Shown here one piece after another: positions 30,050 through 39,317 of a stretch of 64,000 nt of DNA. The notes beneath the pieces are model-generated. The model searched no databases and had not been told where the DNA came from. It saw only the letters and a list, made by a program, of their open reading frames with translations. Origin of the DNA: Alphaproteobacteria bacterium. Lineage in GTDB: Bacteria > Pseudomonadota > Alphaproteobacteria > MPNO01. Within the stretch, counting starts at the first letter, position 1. Each line of letters begins with the position of its first letter. A program made the translations under genes and the position numbers. Where the stretch lies: assembly GCA_965248835.1 (NCBI GenBank), contig CBDFLJ010000002.1, positions 608,001 to 672,000 on the forward strand, written 5' to 3'.

Positions 30050-31591
30050 ATGATCCGCACGGGCGCGCAGTACCTCGAATCGATCCGCGACGGCAGGCGC
30101 GTGTATTGCGACGGCGAATTGATCGAGGATCTGACGACCAATCCCAAGACGCGCGGCTACGCAAACATGATCGCGCGCTACTACGACCTCCACCACGAGC
30201 CCGAACACCAGGAGGCACTGACCTTCCTCGACGAGGACGGCGTGCGGCGCGCCAAGCACTGGATGTTGCCCCGTTCCAAGGAAGATGTGGTCGCCAGGCG
30301 CCATTACCACGAGTTCTTCTGGCGTCATTCACAGGTCTGGACCCGTCCGCCGGCCAGCACCAACACGGTGATGTTCACCCTGATCGACGATCCCGACGTC
30401 TGGGAGGCGCAGACCGTCTTCGGCAAGGGCCGGCCGTTGGCTCAGAACATCCGCGATTGCTGGGACTCGCTTCGCCGCGAGGATCGCGCAATCGCGCCGA
30501 TGTTCCTGGATGTGCAGTACGATCGCTCCGATCCCGATTCGGTGCGCGAATCGCCGATGTTGCAGATCGTCAAGGAGACCGACGAGGGTGTCGTCGTGCG
30601 CGGATGGAAGGCGATCGGCACCATGGTCGTCTTCGCCAACGAGATCGAGATGGGCATCCTCTGGAAGCCCGGTACGATACCCGAGCAAGTGGTCTTCGGC
30701 ATGGTGCCGGTCAACCATCCGGGGATCACCCATGTGACGCGGCGCTCGAACGCGCTCGACGGGGTGAGCGAGTATGACTGGCCGCTTTCGAGCCAGGGCG
30801 ACGAGCTCGACAGCATGGCCTATTTCGACGACGTGCTGATCCCCTGGAATCGAGTGTGGCATCTGGGCAACATCGAGCACGCGAAGCTCTATCCGCAACG
30901 GATCTTCGACTGGATCCACATCGAGACGCAGACCCGGCACGTGGTCAATGCCGAGCTGATCGCCGGGCTCGCGGTGCTTGTCACCGAGAGCCTTGGAACC
31001 AACACCGCGCCGATCGTGCAGTCCCATGTCGCCGACCTGGTGCGCTTCCGGGAAACCTGCCGCGCCTTCACCCTGGCCGCCGAGGATACCGGCATCCATA
31101 CCCCGAGCGGCCTCTACAAGCCGAACAATATCTTCATCGATTTCGGGCGCGCCTATTATCTGGAGAACGTGCCGCACATGGTCGATCAACTCATCGACCT
31201 CTGCGGGCGCGGCGTCGTCATCCACCCGACGGAGGCCGATTTCGACAACCCCGACATCGGGCCGAAGCTGGCCGGGCTGTTCCGCGGCCCCGGGATCAGC
31301 GCGCGCGACCGCACCAAGATATTCAAGTTCATCAACGACCGGTTCCTGACGAGCTTCGCCGCGCGGCAGCAGATGTTCGAGAAGTTCAACGGCACACCGC
31401 TATTCCTGATCCGTCTGTTGACGATGCAGCGGGTCGAATACGCATCCGACGGGCCGTTGGTCGAGCTCGCCCGCAACATGGTTGGGCTCGGCGACGCTTC
31501 GGAGCTGGCCGCGCGCGCCGAGGCCGACGAGTTCCATCTCTCGGCCGAGCATCGCCCCGACTATATCCGGCAGCAGGACGTCGGCACCTGA
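30050..31591 (+). CDS. 4-hydroxyphenylacetate 3-hydroxylase family (HpaB-like) oxygenase component
   Basis: RTGAQYLESIRDGRRVY, VVRGWK, PLSSQGDE.D....FDDVLIPWNRV. Confidence 0.88.
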   Translation: MIRTGAQYLESIRDGRRVYCDGELIEDLTTNPKTRGYANMIARYYDLHHEPEHQEALTFLDEDGVRRAKHWMLPRSKEDVVARRHYHEFFWRHSQVWTRPPASTNTVMFTLIDDPDVWEAQTVFGKGRPLAQNIRDCWDSLRREDRAIAPMFLDVQYDRSDPDSVRESPMLQIVKETDEGVVVRGWKAIGTMVVFANEIEMGILWKPGTIPEQVVFGMVPVNHPGITHVTRRSNALDGVSEYDWPLSSQGDELDSMAYFDDVLIPWNRVWHLGNIEHAKLYPQRIFDWIHIETQTRHVVNAELIAGLAVLVTESLGTNTAPIVQSHVADLVRFRETCRAFTLAAEDTGIHTPSGLYKPNNIFIDFGRAYYLENVPHMVDQLIDLCGRGVVIHPTEADFDNPDIGPKLAGLFRGPGISARDRTKIFKFINDRFLTSFAARQQMFEKFNGTPLFLIRLLTMQRVEYASDGPLVELARNMVGLGDASELAARAEADEFHLSAEHRPDYIRQQDVGT

Positions 31592-31767
31592 GAACCTGTC
31601 CGCGTATTCGTACTCGGCTGGACGAACGATCGGCGTCCATGGAGCGGTTGGTAAGAGGAGGCTCTGGAAGTCTTGACCTTGCCCGAATCCGCCAATGCTC
31701 AACCCCAAACCGTGATTGAGCCGCGCGGCCAGGCGAGAAGCAACATCGATCACGATGGAGGATAGCT

Positions 31768-32442
31768 GTGAAGCTCTACATGCACCCAGTATCGATGACG
31801 AGTCGGCCGGTGCGGCTTTTCATTGCCGAAAGCGGTATCGATGTCGATGAGCAGCAGGTCGATCTGATGACCGGTGAGCACCATCAGGCGCCGTTCGCGT
31901 CCATGAACCCGAACCGGCTGGTCCCGGTCCTCGAGGACGGCGATCTCTGTCTCACCGAGTGCTCGGCGATCCTGAAGTATCTCGCGGACAAGACGGACTC
32001 TCCCGCCTATCCCAGGGACCTTCAGCGACGGGCCAAAGTCAATGAAATGATGGATTGGTTCAATACCAACTTCTATCGCGACTTCGGCTACGGCATGGTC
32101 TACCCGCAGGTGTTCCCCCAGCACAAGAGAGACAACGACGAGGCTCAAAAGGCGACGATTGCCCGGGGCAAGGAGGGGGCAAGGGGGTGGCTCCAGATCC
32201 TCAACGACCATTGGCTCGGCCCCGACAAACCGTATCTCTGCGGCGATGACATAACGATCGCCGACTACCTCGGGATTGGCTTGCTGACGCTGGGCGAGGT
32301 CGTCCGCTGCGATTTTTCACCCTACCCCAACGTCCAGCGCTGGGTCAACAACATGAAGCGGCTGGAGAACTGGGACAATATCAATGAAGCGCTGTATGGG
32401 CTCGCCGATGCTGTGAAAGAGCAGACATTCGATACGATCTAA
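31768..32442 (+). CDS. Glutathione S-transferase family protein
   Basis: NPNRLVPVLEDG, LTECSAILKYLA, YLCGDDITIAD. Confidence 0.92.
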   Translation: MKLYMHPVSMTSRPVRLFIAESGIDVDEQQVDLMTGEHHQAPFASMNPNRLVPVLEDGDLCLTECSAILKYLADKTDSPAYPRDLQRRAKVNEMMDWFNTNFYRDFGYGMVYPQVFPQHKRDNDEAQKATIARGKEGARGWLQILNDHWLGPDKPYLCGDDITIADYLGIGLLTLGEVVRCDFSPYPNVQRWVNNMKRLENWDNINEALYGLADAVKEQTFDTI

Positions 32443-32716
32443 TGTCCGATTTGTGAGGGCATTTATATCGCCGTATCGCATTGCGTCGATTTGTCCGTGC
32501 CGAGGTTAGTCAGGCCTCGCTGACATTTTGGTTGCCCATGTCCACCAGCGGCTCAACGAATCGCGGGCGACCCCATCCGGCAGCTCGTTCGCAGGCGGAC
32601 TCGACAAGGCACGAAGGATCAGGTCGCTCTGCCCGAGAATCGGCCGCTCGTCCAGATAGCCATTGTCACGAAGATACTCTTCCAACGCTTCGGCGCGCCG
32701 TTGCCTGAAACTGTCA

Positions 32717-32858
32717 AGATTCATCGAGCAGGTCTACAACACCCGCAGATTGCACTCTGCGCTAGGATATCTGAGCCCCGTTCAGTTCGAGAATCAACAC
32801 GCCCGGTACCCTGTCAAAACCGCGGCCTGAGACTGTCCACCCCGAGGGGCGCAGTCCA
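32717..32858 (+). mobile_element. IS3-family right-end remnant
   Basis: [24 protein letters not shown]-terminus followed by IRR-like CTGTCCACCCCGAGGGGCGCAGTCCA. Confidence 0.8.
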
Positions 32859-32996
32859 CACGAATGTCAGATTTACGATTGGTGCCAACAAGTGAGCCAC
32901 GGATGTTGGTACGTTCCGCAGCGTCGGAGGTCCACTCTTAGTCTTTCGTCAGTACGATGTGGTCCGAGCCCAAGGGTGAGGCGTGTCAGAGCAAGC

Positions 32997-33665
32997 TTAA
33001 CTTTGGGGGGAGTTCGGACAGGCGTCAATCGCGTCACGAAGATCCCAAATCGTCTTACGCGCCTCATCCACAGCCCCATCGACCTCCATTACCGACAGAT
33101 TTCCCTCAATTAGCTCAAATAGGTCGCGGGCATGTCTTTGGTCCGTGGCTGCGTGTTGAATCGGGGAAGAGAATGCCGCTTCGGGCAATCCGTGTAGAAC
33201 GGCGAACTCGCACCAGTCTGACGCACTCCCCGGTAGCCCTTCCAGCGCCACGACATAGCCGAGAAAACCAGCGACATTACCCGACCGCAGGTCGGCATAT
33301 TGACGCTCGATCATGCGATTAATCGACGGCGCAACAATTTCCACGCGAAGCACGGTACCCGGAAATTGGCGAGCAGCTTTCAAATCTGACATAGCCCAAC
33401 ACCAATGATCGCGTTCCTCCGATTCGTGATTTGCGAAGTAGTCGGCGAGGTCGTTTCGGCCGATTGCCCGAGCGGCGCTAGTCGCGTGCGATAGTAACGA
33501 CGACGTGTGACGCATCTGAGCTAGTGCTTGAACGCACCGATGATGATACGCCGTGGCCGCGCCGACGCGGTCGACCACTTGGCGCCAAGACACCGCAAGC
33601 GACCAATTAGCGATCAACAGCGCGTCCAGAAACATTGCCCGCGCAGTAATGGTAGGGTTGACCAC
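32997..33665 (-). CDS. Heme-oxygenase-like iron-containing redox enzyme (HDO/Haem_oxygenas_2-like)
   Basis: HxxEExxH (HESEERDH), GYxxxLEG and HxxxDxxH (HAATDQRH) diiron-ligand pattern; GTG start overlaps the upstream TAG. Confidence 0.75.
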   Translation of the reverse strand: MVNPTITARAMFLDALLIANWSLAVSWRQVVDRVGAATAYHHRCVQALAQMRHTSSLLSHATSAARAIGRNDLADYFANHESEERDHWCWAMSDLKAARQFPGTVLRVEIVAPSINRMIERQYADLRSGNVAGFLGYVVALEGLPGSASDWCEFAVLHGLPEAAFSSPIQHAATDQRHARDLFELIEGNLSVMEVDGAVDEARKTIWDLRDAIDACPNSPQS

Positions 33666-34453
33666 TATTGGCCGGGACTACCTAGCCCGAGTGCAAAATC
33701 CATCAGCGCCTTGCGTCCTGGCTCGGCTAGCATCTTCACATGGCCATTCACATGAAGATCAAGGCAGATATTACAAGAACCACGTCCGGGGCACGATTCC
33801 TCGATATCCAAGAAGCTCGCGAGTGCCGTTGGGCCGATCTTATGAATTACTGACAGTGATCGAGAGTCACGAAGACGAGCTACGATGTCGCTAAAATCGA
33901 GATCGTGAATGGATCCCAAAGAAAAACCCGGAAGGCCGGATCCTTTCGTACGCCGCGCCATTTGAGCTGTTCCGCAACACGGATAGGCGTACCCATATTC
34001 ATCAAAGAGCAAAGTCCCCACTTTCGTGCAACCGCCCTTCGGTCCTGCGAAAATCGGCCTCGAGCCGCTACCGGCGATCGACTCACCTACATCGACGAGT
34101 TGCTGGATGTACTTGCTGGCCCACGGAAACTCCGCGATCGCAGCACGCAAGGCCGGATCGGTTTCCCATTCTTCTTTCTGCAGCGCGAATTGCACCTCAA
34201 GGCCGAGACGGTAGGCCGCTTTAGCAGTATTCAAGGCGAATCGCCGAGGCACGAATGCTTCGTGATAGCGGTCGATGCTGATTTCCAGATGGCGAAACCG
34301 AGGGTACTGCGCCAAAGTGGCAAAGGCACGGTCGATCGATTTCCCGAAGTACCCGCTGGTGTTGACGTAGACGTTGAGCCCAAACTTCTCTGCTAGACGC
34401 AAGGTCAGCGTAAGCGCGTCGGGCATGATGAACGGTTCGCCTCCTGTCACGGC
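33665..34453 (-). pseudogene. Radical SAM enzyme (YydG/EpeE-like), N-terminus removed by IS630 insertion
   Basis: TGGEPF, NTSGYFG, ISIDRYHEAFV, YPCCG and C-terminal SCNIC; the CxxxCxxC part is missing upstream of the IS. Confidence 0.75.
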
Positions 34454-34455
34454 TA

Positions 34456-35508
34456 GAGCATTTTCTGAGCTTTGGGAATCGAGGGGGATTCCCCGGAGGG
34501 TGGATATGTGATTCAAGATGCGTGCTGGAGAAGGAGGCCAGCGTGCATGGCGAAATCTCTTTCCAAGGATCTTCGGGAGCGGCTTGTCGCGGCGGTTGAA
34601 GGCGGGATGACACGGCGCTCGGCGGCGCAACGCTTCGGGGTGGCGGCTTCGACGGCGATCAAATGGGTCGATCGGTGGCGACGGACCGGCGATGTCGGGC
34701 CGCGGCCACGGGGCGGCGATCACCGCTCGCACCGGATCGAGGCCCATGGCGAGGAGATCCTGGCCCTGATCGAGGAGACGCCGGACATCACCTTGGCGGA
34801 GCTGGCCGAGCATCTCGACGCGGCCCATGGTGTGATGGTCGCGCAGAGCACGATCTGGCGCCTGCTCGAGCGTCGCGGGATGACGTTCAAAAAAAACCGC
34901 GCACGCCAGCGAGCAGCAGCGCCCTGAGGTTGTGCGACGGCGCCACGCCTGGTTCGAGGCCCAGCCGGACCTGGAGCCGGAGCGACTGGTCTTCATCGAC
35001 GAAACCGGCGCCTCGACCAAAATGGCGCGGCGCTATGGCCGGTCACCGCGCGGCGAGCGGTGCCGTGCCCCGGTGCCCCATGGCCATTGGAAGACCACGA
35101 CCTTCGTCGGCGCGCTTCGGCTGCACGGCATGACCGCGCCCATGGTGCTCGACGGCGCCATGAACGGCGCGGCTTTCCTGGCCTATGTGCAGCACGTGCT
35201 GGTGCCAACACTGGCCCCCGGTGACATCGTCGTGATGGACAACCTGCCCGCCCACAAGCCGGTCGCCGTGCGCCATGCCATCGAAGGCGCCGGCGCCGCG
35301 TTGCGCTTTCTGCCGCCCTACAGCCCCGACTTCAATCCGATCGAGATGGCCTTCTCCAAGCTCAAGGCCTTCCTCAAAAAGGCCGCCGCGAGAACCGTCG
35401 ACGACCTCTGGGATGCTATCGCCAATGGCATCGATAGCTTCACACCAACCGAATGCCAAAACTACTTCGCTGCAGCCGGATATGACCGTGAATGATCGAA
35501 AAATGCTC
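34456..35508 (+). mobile_element. IS630 type A, uninterrupted copy
   Basis: Same IRs, TA flanks and orfA/orfB as the composite copies. Confidence 0.93.
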
Positions 35509-35543
35509 TAGGTGTCTCCGAAAGGATGTCCTCACCTATCCTA

Positions 35544-36680
35544 GTGGATAAAATCTAACGGAGGATTCCCTTGTCGGAGCGTATGTGCGAGTCTGCGGGC
35601 ATGCGCACAGGGATTACCTTCGAGGTTTGCGTCGCCGACCGTGCTCGTCTGGAAACGGTCGTGGCGGACAGAAACAGCCCGCAGAAGCATGTCTGGCGGG
35701 CCGAGATCATTTTGGCCACGGCTGCCGGCGCGGGGACGGTCGAGATCATGCGCCGGACCGGGAAGTCGAAGCCTTGCGTCTGGCGGTGGCAGGAACGGTT
35801 CATGGCCGAGGGCGTCGATGGCCTGCTGCGGGACAAGACCCGGCCTTCGCGCATTCCGCCGCTCGAACCCGGTGTCGCCTTGCGCATCGTCGATCTGACC
35901 CTGACCGATCCGCCCGCCGAGGCGACCCACTGGACGGCCGCCATGATGGCCGGGAAGCTCGGCGTTTCCGTCTCTTCCGTGCAACGCATTTGGCGTGCCC
36001 ACGGGCTCCAGCCTCATCGGGTGCGCCAGTTCAAGCTCTCCAAAGACGCCAACTTCGCCGACAAGCTGCGCGAGGTTGTCGGGCTCTATGTCGACCCGCC
36101 CGCCCATGCCATCGTGCTCAGTGTCGACGAAAAGAGCCAGATCCAGGCCCTCGATCGCACGCAGCCCGGCCTGCCGCTAAAGAAGGGCCGCGCCGGAACG
36201 ATGACCCACGATTACAAGCGGCATGGCACGACCACGCTGTTCGCCGCCCTGAACGTCCTCGACGGCACGGTCATCGGCCGCAACATGCAGCGTCATCGCC
36301 ATCAAGAATTCATCCGCTTCCTCAACACGGTCGAGGCCGGAACGCCCGCCGGCACGGTCATCCATGCCATTCTCGACAACGACGCCGTCCACAAGCACCC
36401 CAAGGTCCGGCGCTGGCTCGACCGTCATCCGCGCTGGACCTTTCACTTCACACCGACTTCCTGTTCCTGGCTCAACGCCGTGGAAGGCTTCTTCGCAAAA
36501 CTCGCCAAGCGCCGGCTCAAACGCGGCGTCTTCCACTCTGTCGTTGACCTTCAAGCCGCCATCAACTGCTTCGTTGCCGAGCATAACGCCAGCGAGGCCA
36601 AGCCATTTCGCTGGACCGCTGACCCCGACAAAATCATCGCCGCCGTCAAGCGCGGGCATCAAGCGTTAGATTCGATCCAC
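35544..36680 (+). mobile_element. IS630 type B with single-ORF transposase (35571-36683)
   Basis: IRs GTGGATAAAATCTAAC / GTTAGATTCGATCCAC with TA flanks; VDEKSQIQALDR, ILDN, SWLNAVE. Confidence 0.93.
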
Positions 36681-36682
36681 TA

Positions 36683-36778
36683 GAGCATTTTCTGAGCTTT
36701 GGGAATCGAAAGGGATTCCCCGGAGGGCGGATATGTGATTGAACGAACCCGCTGTCGCGGGACAGGAGAGGGCGGATA
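36683..36778 (+). mobile_element. Truncated composite copy 3: IS630-A left end plus first ~40 bp of the IS91-like element
   Basis: GAGCATTTTCTGAG...ATATGT GATTGAACGAACCCGCTGTCGCGGGACAGGAGAGGGCGGATA, then an abrupt switch to integrase sequence. Confidence 0.85.
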
Positions 36779-37755
36779 TGGCGCAGGTCGTGAAGGCGAA
36801 CATCCTCGATGCCGGCTTCCCGCCGGACCGGATACCAGAGCGGGAGGTTGGGACCACGTGGCCGGGCCAGGTCACGCGGCGATGGAAACACGAAAGAGCT
36901 TGGGCCTCGCGGCTGGCGTTCGAGGATGCGCCGGGCCTGTGTATTGAGAGGAACCGTTCTCGGCCCGGTTTTGCTGTCGGCCAACACAAGGATGTCGTCT
37001 TGGACCGCGGACCAGCGCAGGCGGAGGATTTCGCCCTTGCGGCACCCGGTCAGAAGCAGGAGACGGATGATGTCGGCCTGCTGCCGGCTGCTCTTTCGGG
37101 TTTGCCTGTCCAGCACCCGGTGCAGGCGGGCGATCTCCTCCCGCGACAGGAACCGCGTGAGCGCCGCGCGCCGGTTCCTTTTGACGCCGCGCGCCGGGTT
37201 GGTGTCGATATGGCTGCAGGCAACCGCGAAGTTCATGATCTGCCGGAGAAGGTCGAGAGCACGGTTGGCGCCGCCCGGGGCGGTTCGGCTGTAAGTGTCG
37301 AACCAGCGCCTGACCTGTGTCGGGGATATGCGGTCCAGCGGTTTCGATCCGAAGGCGGGCAGCAGTTGCCCGGCAAGGATGGATCGCACGCCCCTTTGGG
37401 TTGACGGCTTGTAGCGGTCGCAATGGGCCTCTTTCCATGTGCCGGCGACGAAGTCCCGGAACGACGGGACAGCATGGCGGATCTCGTCCGGCTTGTCCTC
37501 GCTCCCGGGTTCCGCCGCGAGCGCATGGCACTCGCGGCGAACCTCCTCGACCGTCTTCAGCTCCGCCTGACCGAGGAATATCCTGCGTGTCCCACCGCCG
37601 GTCTTGCGCAGGAATATCCAGCTCCGCCCACCGGACGGTCGAACCCGGACGCCGAGACCGGCAATGCGCGTGTCCCAGACCGTATATTCCCGCTCGCGGG
37701 GACGATGGCGGGCGACGGCGGCGTCGCTAAGCCGCATGCGTTCCTTGCTTGCCAT
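36779..37755 (-). pseudogene. Arm-type (DUF4102/P4-like) tyrosine integrase truncated after HDLRH
   Basis: WDTRIAGLGVRVRPSG, LLLLTGCRKGE, HDLRH; the catalytic H/Y segment is replaced by IS sequence. Confidence 0.88.
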
Positions 37756-37758
37756 GCC

Positions 37759-38880
37759 TCAGCCCTCCAGCACGGCGCCGACCGTCTCGGCAGCTTCGCG
37801 AACCATTGTGTCGGCCAGATGCGTGTATTTGAGCGTCGTCTCCGGATTCCGGTGACCGAGCAGCCTGCCGATCGCCAGGACGGTTTCGCCCTGTCTCAGT
37901 GCAAGGCTCGCATGGGTATGGCGCAAATCGTGAAGACGCACATCGCACAGCTCCGTCTCCCTACGGAGACGGTGCCAGAAGTTGTGCAGCCACTGCGTGC
38001 TCCGCGGGCGGTTCGTTCGCGACGCCGGAAAGACCCATGGGCTCGTCCGCCCCAGCATGTCGAGGATGCGCCTGGCCGGCTGCGACAGCCAGACGGTTCG
38101 GGGTCCGGTCTTGCTATCGCGCAGGAAGAGATGTCCCTCGCGGTAATCGGACCAGCGCAGGGTCAGGATTTCGCTCTTGCGGCACCCCGTCAGGAGAAGG
38201 AGCCGGATGGCGGCGACCTGTTGCGGTTGTGCAGGCTGATGCGCCGACAGCCTGGCGGAGACCCGGCGGATCTCGTCGTCCGACAGGAAGCGCTCGCGCC
38301 CCTTCCGGCGATAGCGCCGGATGCCCCGGCAGGGGTTGGACCCCTCCGGCCGAAGGCCCATCCGTTCCGCCTCTCTCATGATGACGGACAGAACCGGCAT
38401 GGACCTGTCGGCCGCGACCGGCGTCGCGCGCAGGGCGGCGAACCACTTGCGGACGTCCTCGGGGTCGATATCGGCGATGGCGCGCCCCGCGAAGCGCGGC
38501 AGGAGCTGATTGCGGAGATAGCTCCGGTTGACATAAAGCGTCCCGGCCTTCCAGACCCGCGCGTAGCGCTCGAACACGGTCTCGGCGACGGCCTCGAAGA
38601 GCGTTTCGTCGGGCCGGCAGGGTGCGTCCTCGCCCCGCCGGATTGCTGCAAGCATTTCGGCGGCGCGGGATCGCGCCTCTGTCACGGTTATGGTCCCGGC
38701 GTCGCCAATGATCTTCCAGACGCGTTCTCCGCGATGCTGGCAGTGGACGAAGAAACGTTTCCGACCCGAGTGCAGCACCCGGACGCCGAAGCCCCTGAGC
38801 TTGCCGTCGCGGATGTCGTAGGCGGCCTTGCGGCGCGTGAGCGCCCTGACGCGGGCCTCGGTGAGGGTAAGGTTGGGCAT
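37759..38880 (-). CDS. Arm-type (DUF4102/P4-like) tyrosine integrase
   Basis: LRGFGVRV..SG, LLLLTGCRKSE, HDLRH, LLGH, TLKYTH. Confidence 0.93.
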   Translation of the reverse strand: MPNLTLTEARVRALTRRKAAYDIRDGKLRGFGVRVLHSGRKRFFVHCQHRGERVWKIIGDAGTITVTEARSRAAEMLAAIRRGEDAPCRPDETLFEAVAETVFERYARVWKAGTLYVNRSYLRNQLLPRFAGRAIADIDPEDVRKWFAALRATPVAADRSMPVLSVIMREAERMGLRPEGSNPCRGIRRYRRKGRERFLSDDEIRRVSARLSAHQPAQPQQVAAIRLLLLTGCRKSEILTLRWSDYREGHLFLRDSKTGPRTVWLSQPARRILDMLGRTSPWVFPASRTNRPRSTQWLHNFWHRLRRETELCDVRLHDLRHTHASLALRQGETVLAIGRLLGHRNPETTLKYTHLADTMVREAAETVGAVLEG

Positions 38881-38999
38881 GTATGTCTCCCGGTTTCGGT
38901 TGCAGCCGGGGAACAGACAGTTGCAGAATCCGTTCCTGGCCGGCTTTGACGGGAGAGAAAAACGACCCTTCTTCAACGGGTTAGCACCGAAGGTGCGCC

Positions 39000-39215
39000 G
39001 CCGTGGTGTAAGAGCCTCGCGTCTTACGCGGTATCCGGCGGGTAGGGCCGGTAGGCTCAGGCTGCCACGGCGGGCAGCTTGACGGTCGGATTGTCGCTCA
39101 CGGGAGCGATGGATTCCAGCGTCATGTATCTCCTTGAGGCGGCCCACTCGTCGTTCTGCTCGAGGAGGACGGCGCCGACGAGTCGGGCGATGGCGTCTTC
39201 GTTTGGGAAGATGCC
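39000..39215 (-). mobile_element. IS256-family C-terminal remnant with right end
   Basis: [27 protein letters not shown]; CTTACACCA IRR-like sequence. Confidence 0.85.
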
Positions 39216-39317
39216 GGATTTAAAAGACAGGGGTATCCCCGCGCGGACCGGCATCGGCGGCGAACTCTACGTTGCGCCCGGTGACGCCTGCGGCGCCGGC
39301 GTCGCTTTCGCTCGAGG

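Noticed and set aside
32506-32724. 72-aa ORF as a RiPP precursor for the rSAM-HDO pair
   Set aside because: It begins inside an IS3 remnant that separates it from the pair, and has no recognisable leader/core structure.
33665-35020. 451-aa ORF that looks like a full-length protein
   Set aside because: Its N-terminal ~190 aa are antisense IS630 sequence; only the part from AVTGGEPF onward is the radical SAM remnant.
35511-35541. Spacer between the two IS630s as a continuation of the radical SAM gene (VRTSFRRHL-AVTGGE)
   Set aside because: Plausible for a few codons but hits an in-frame stop; too short to support.
38881-39056. tRNA or att site next to the integrases
   Set aside because: No cloverleaf, T-loop or CCA; the region is cut by an IS256 end.
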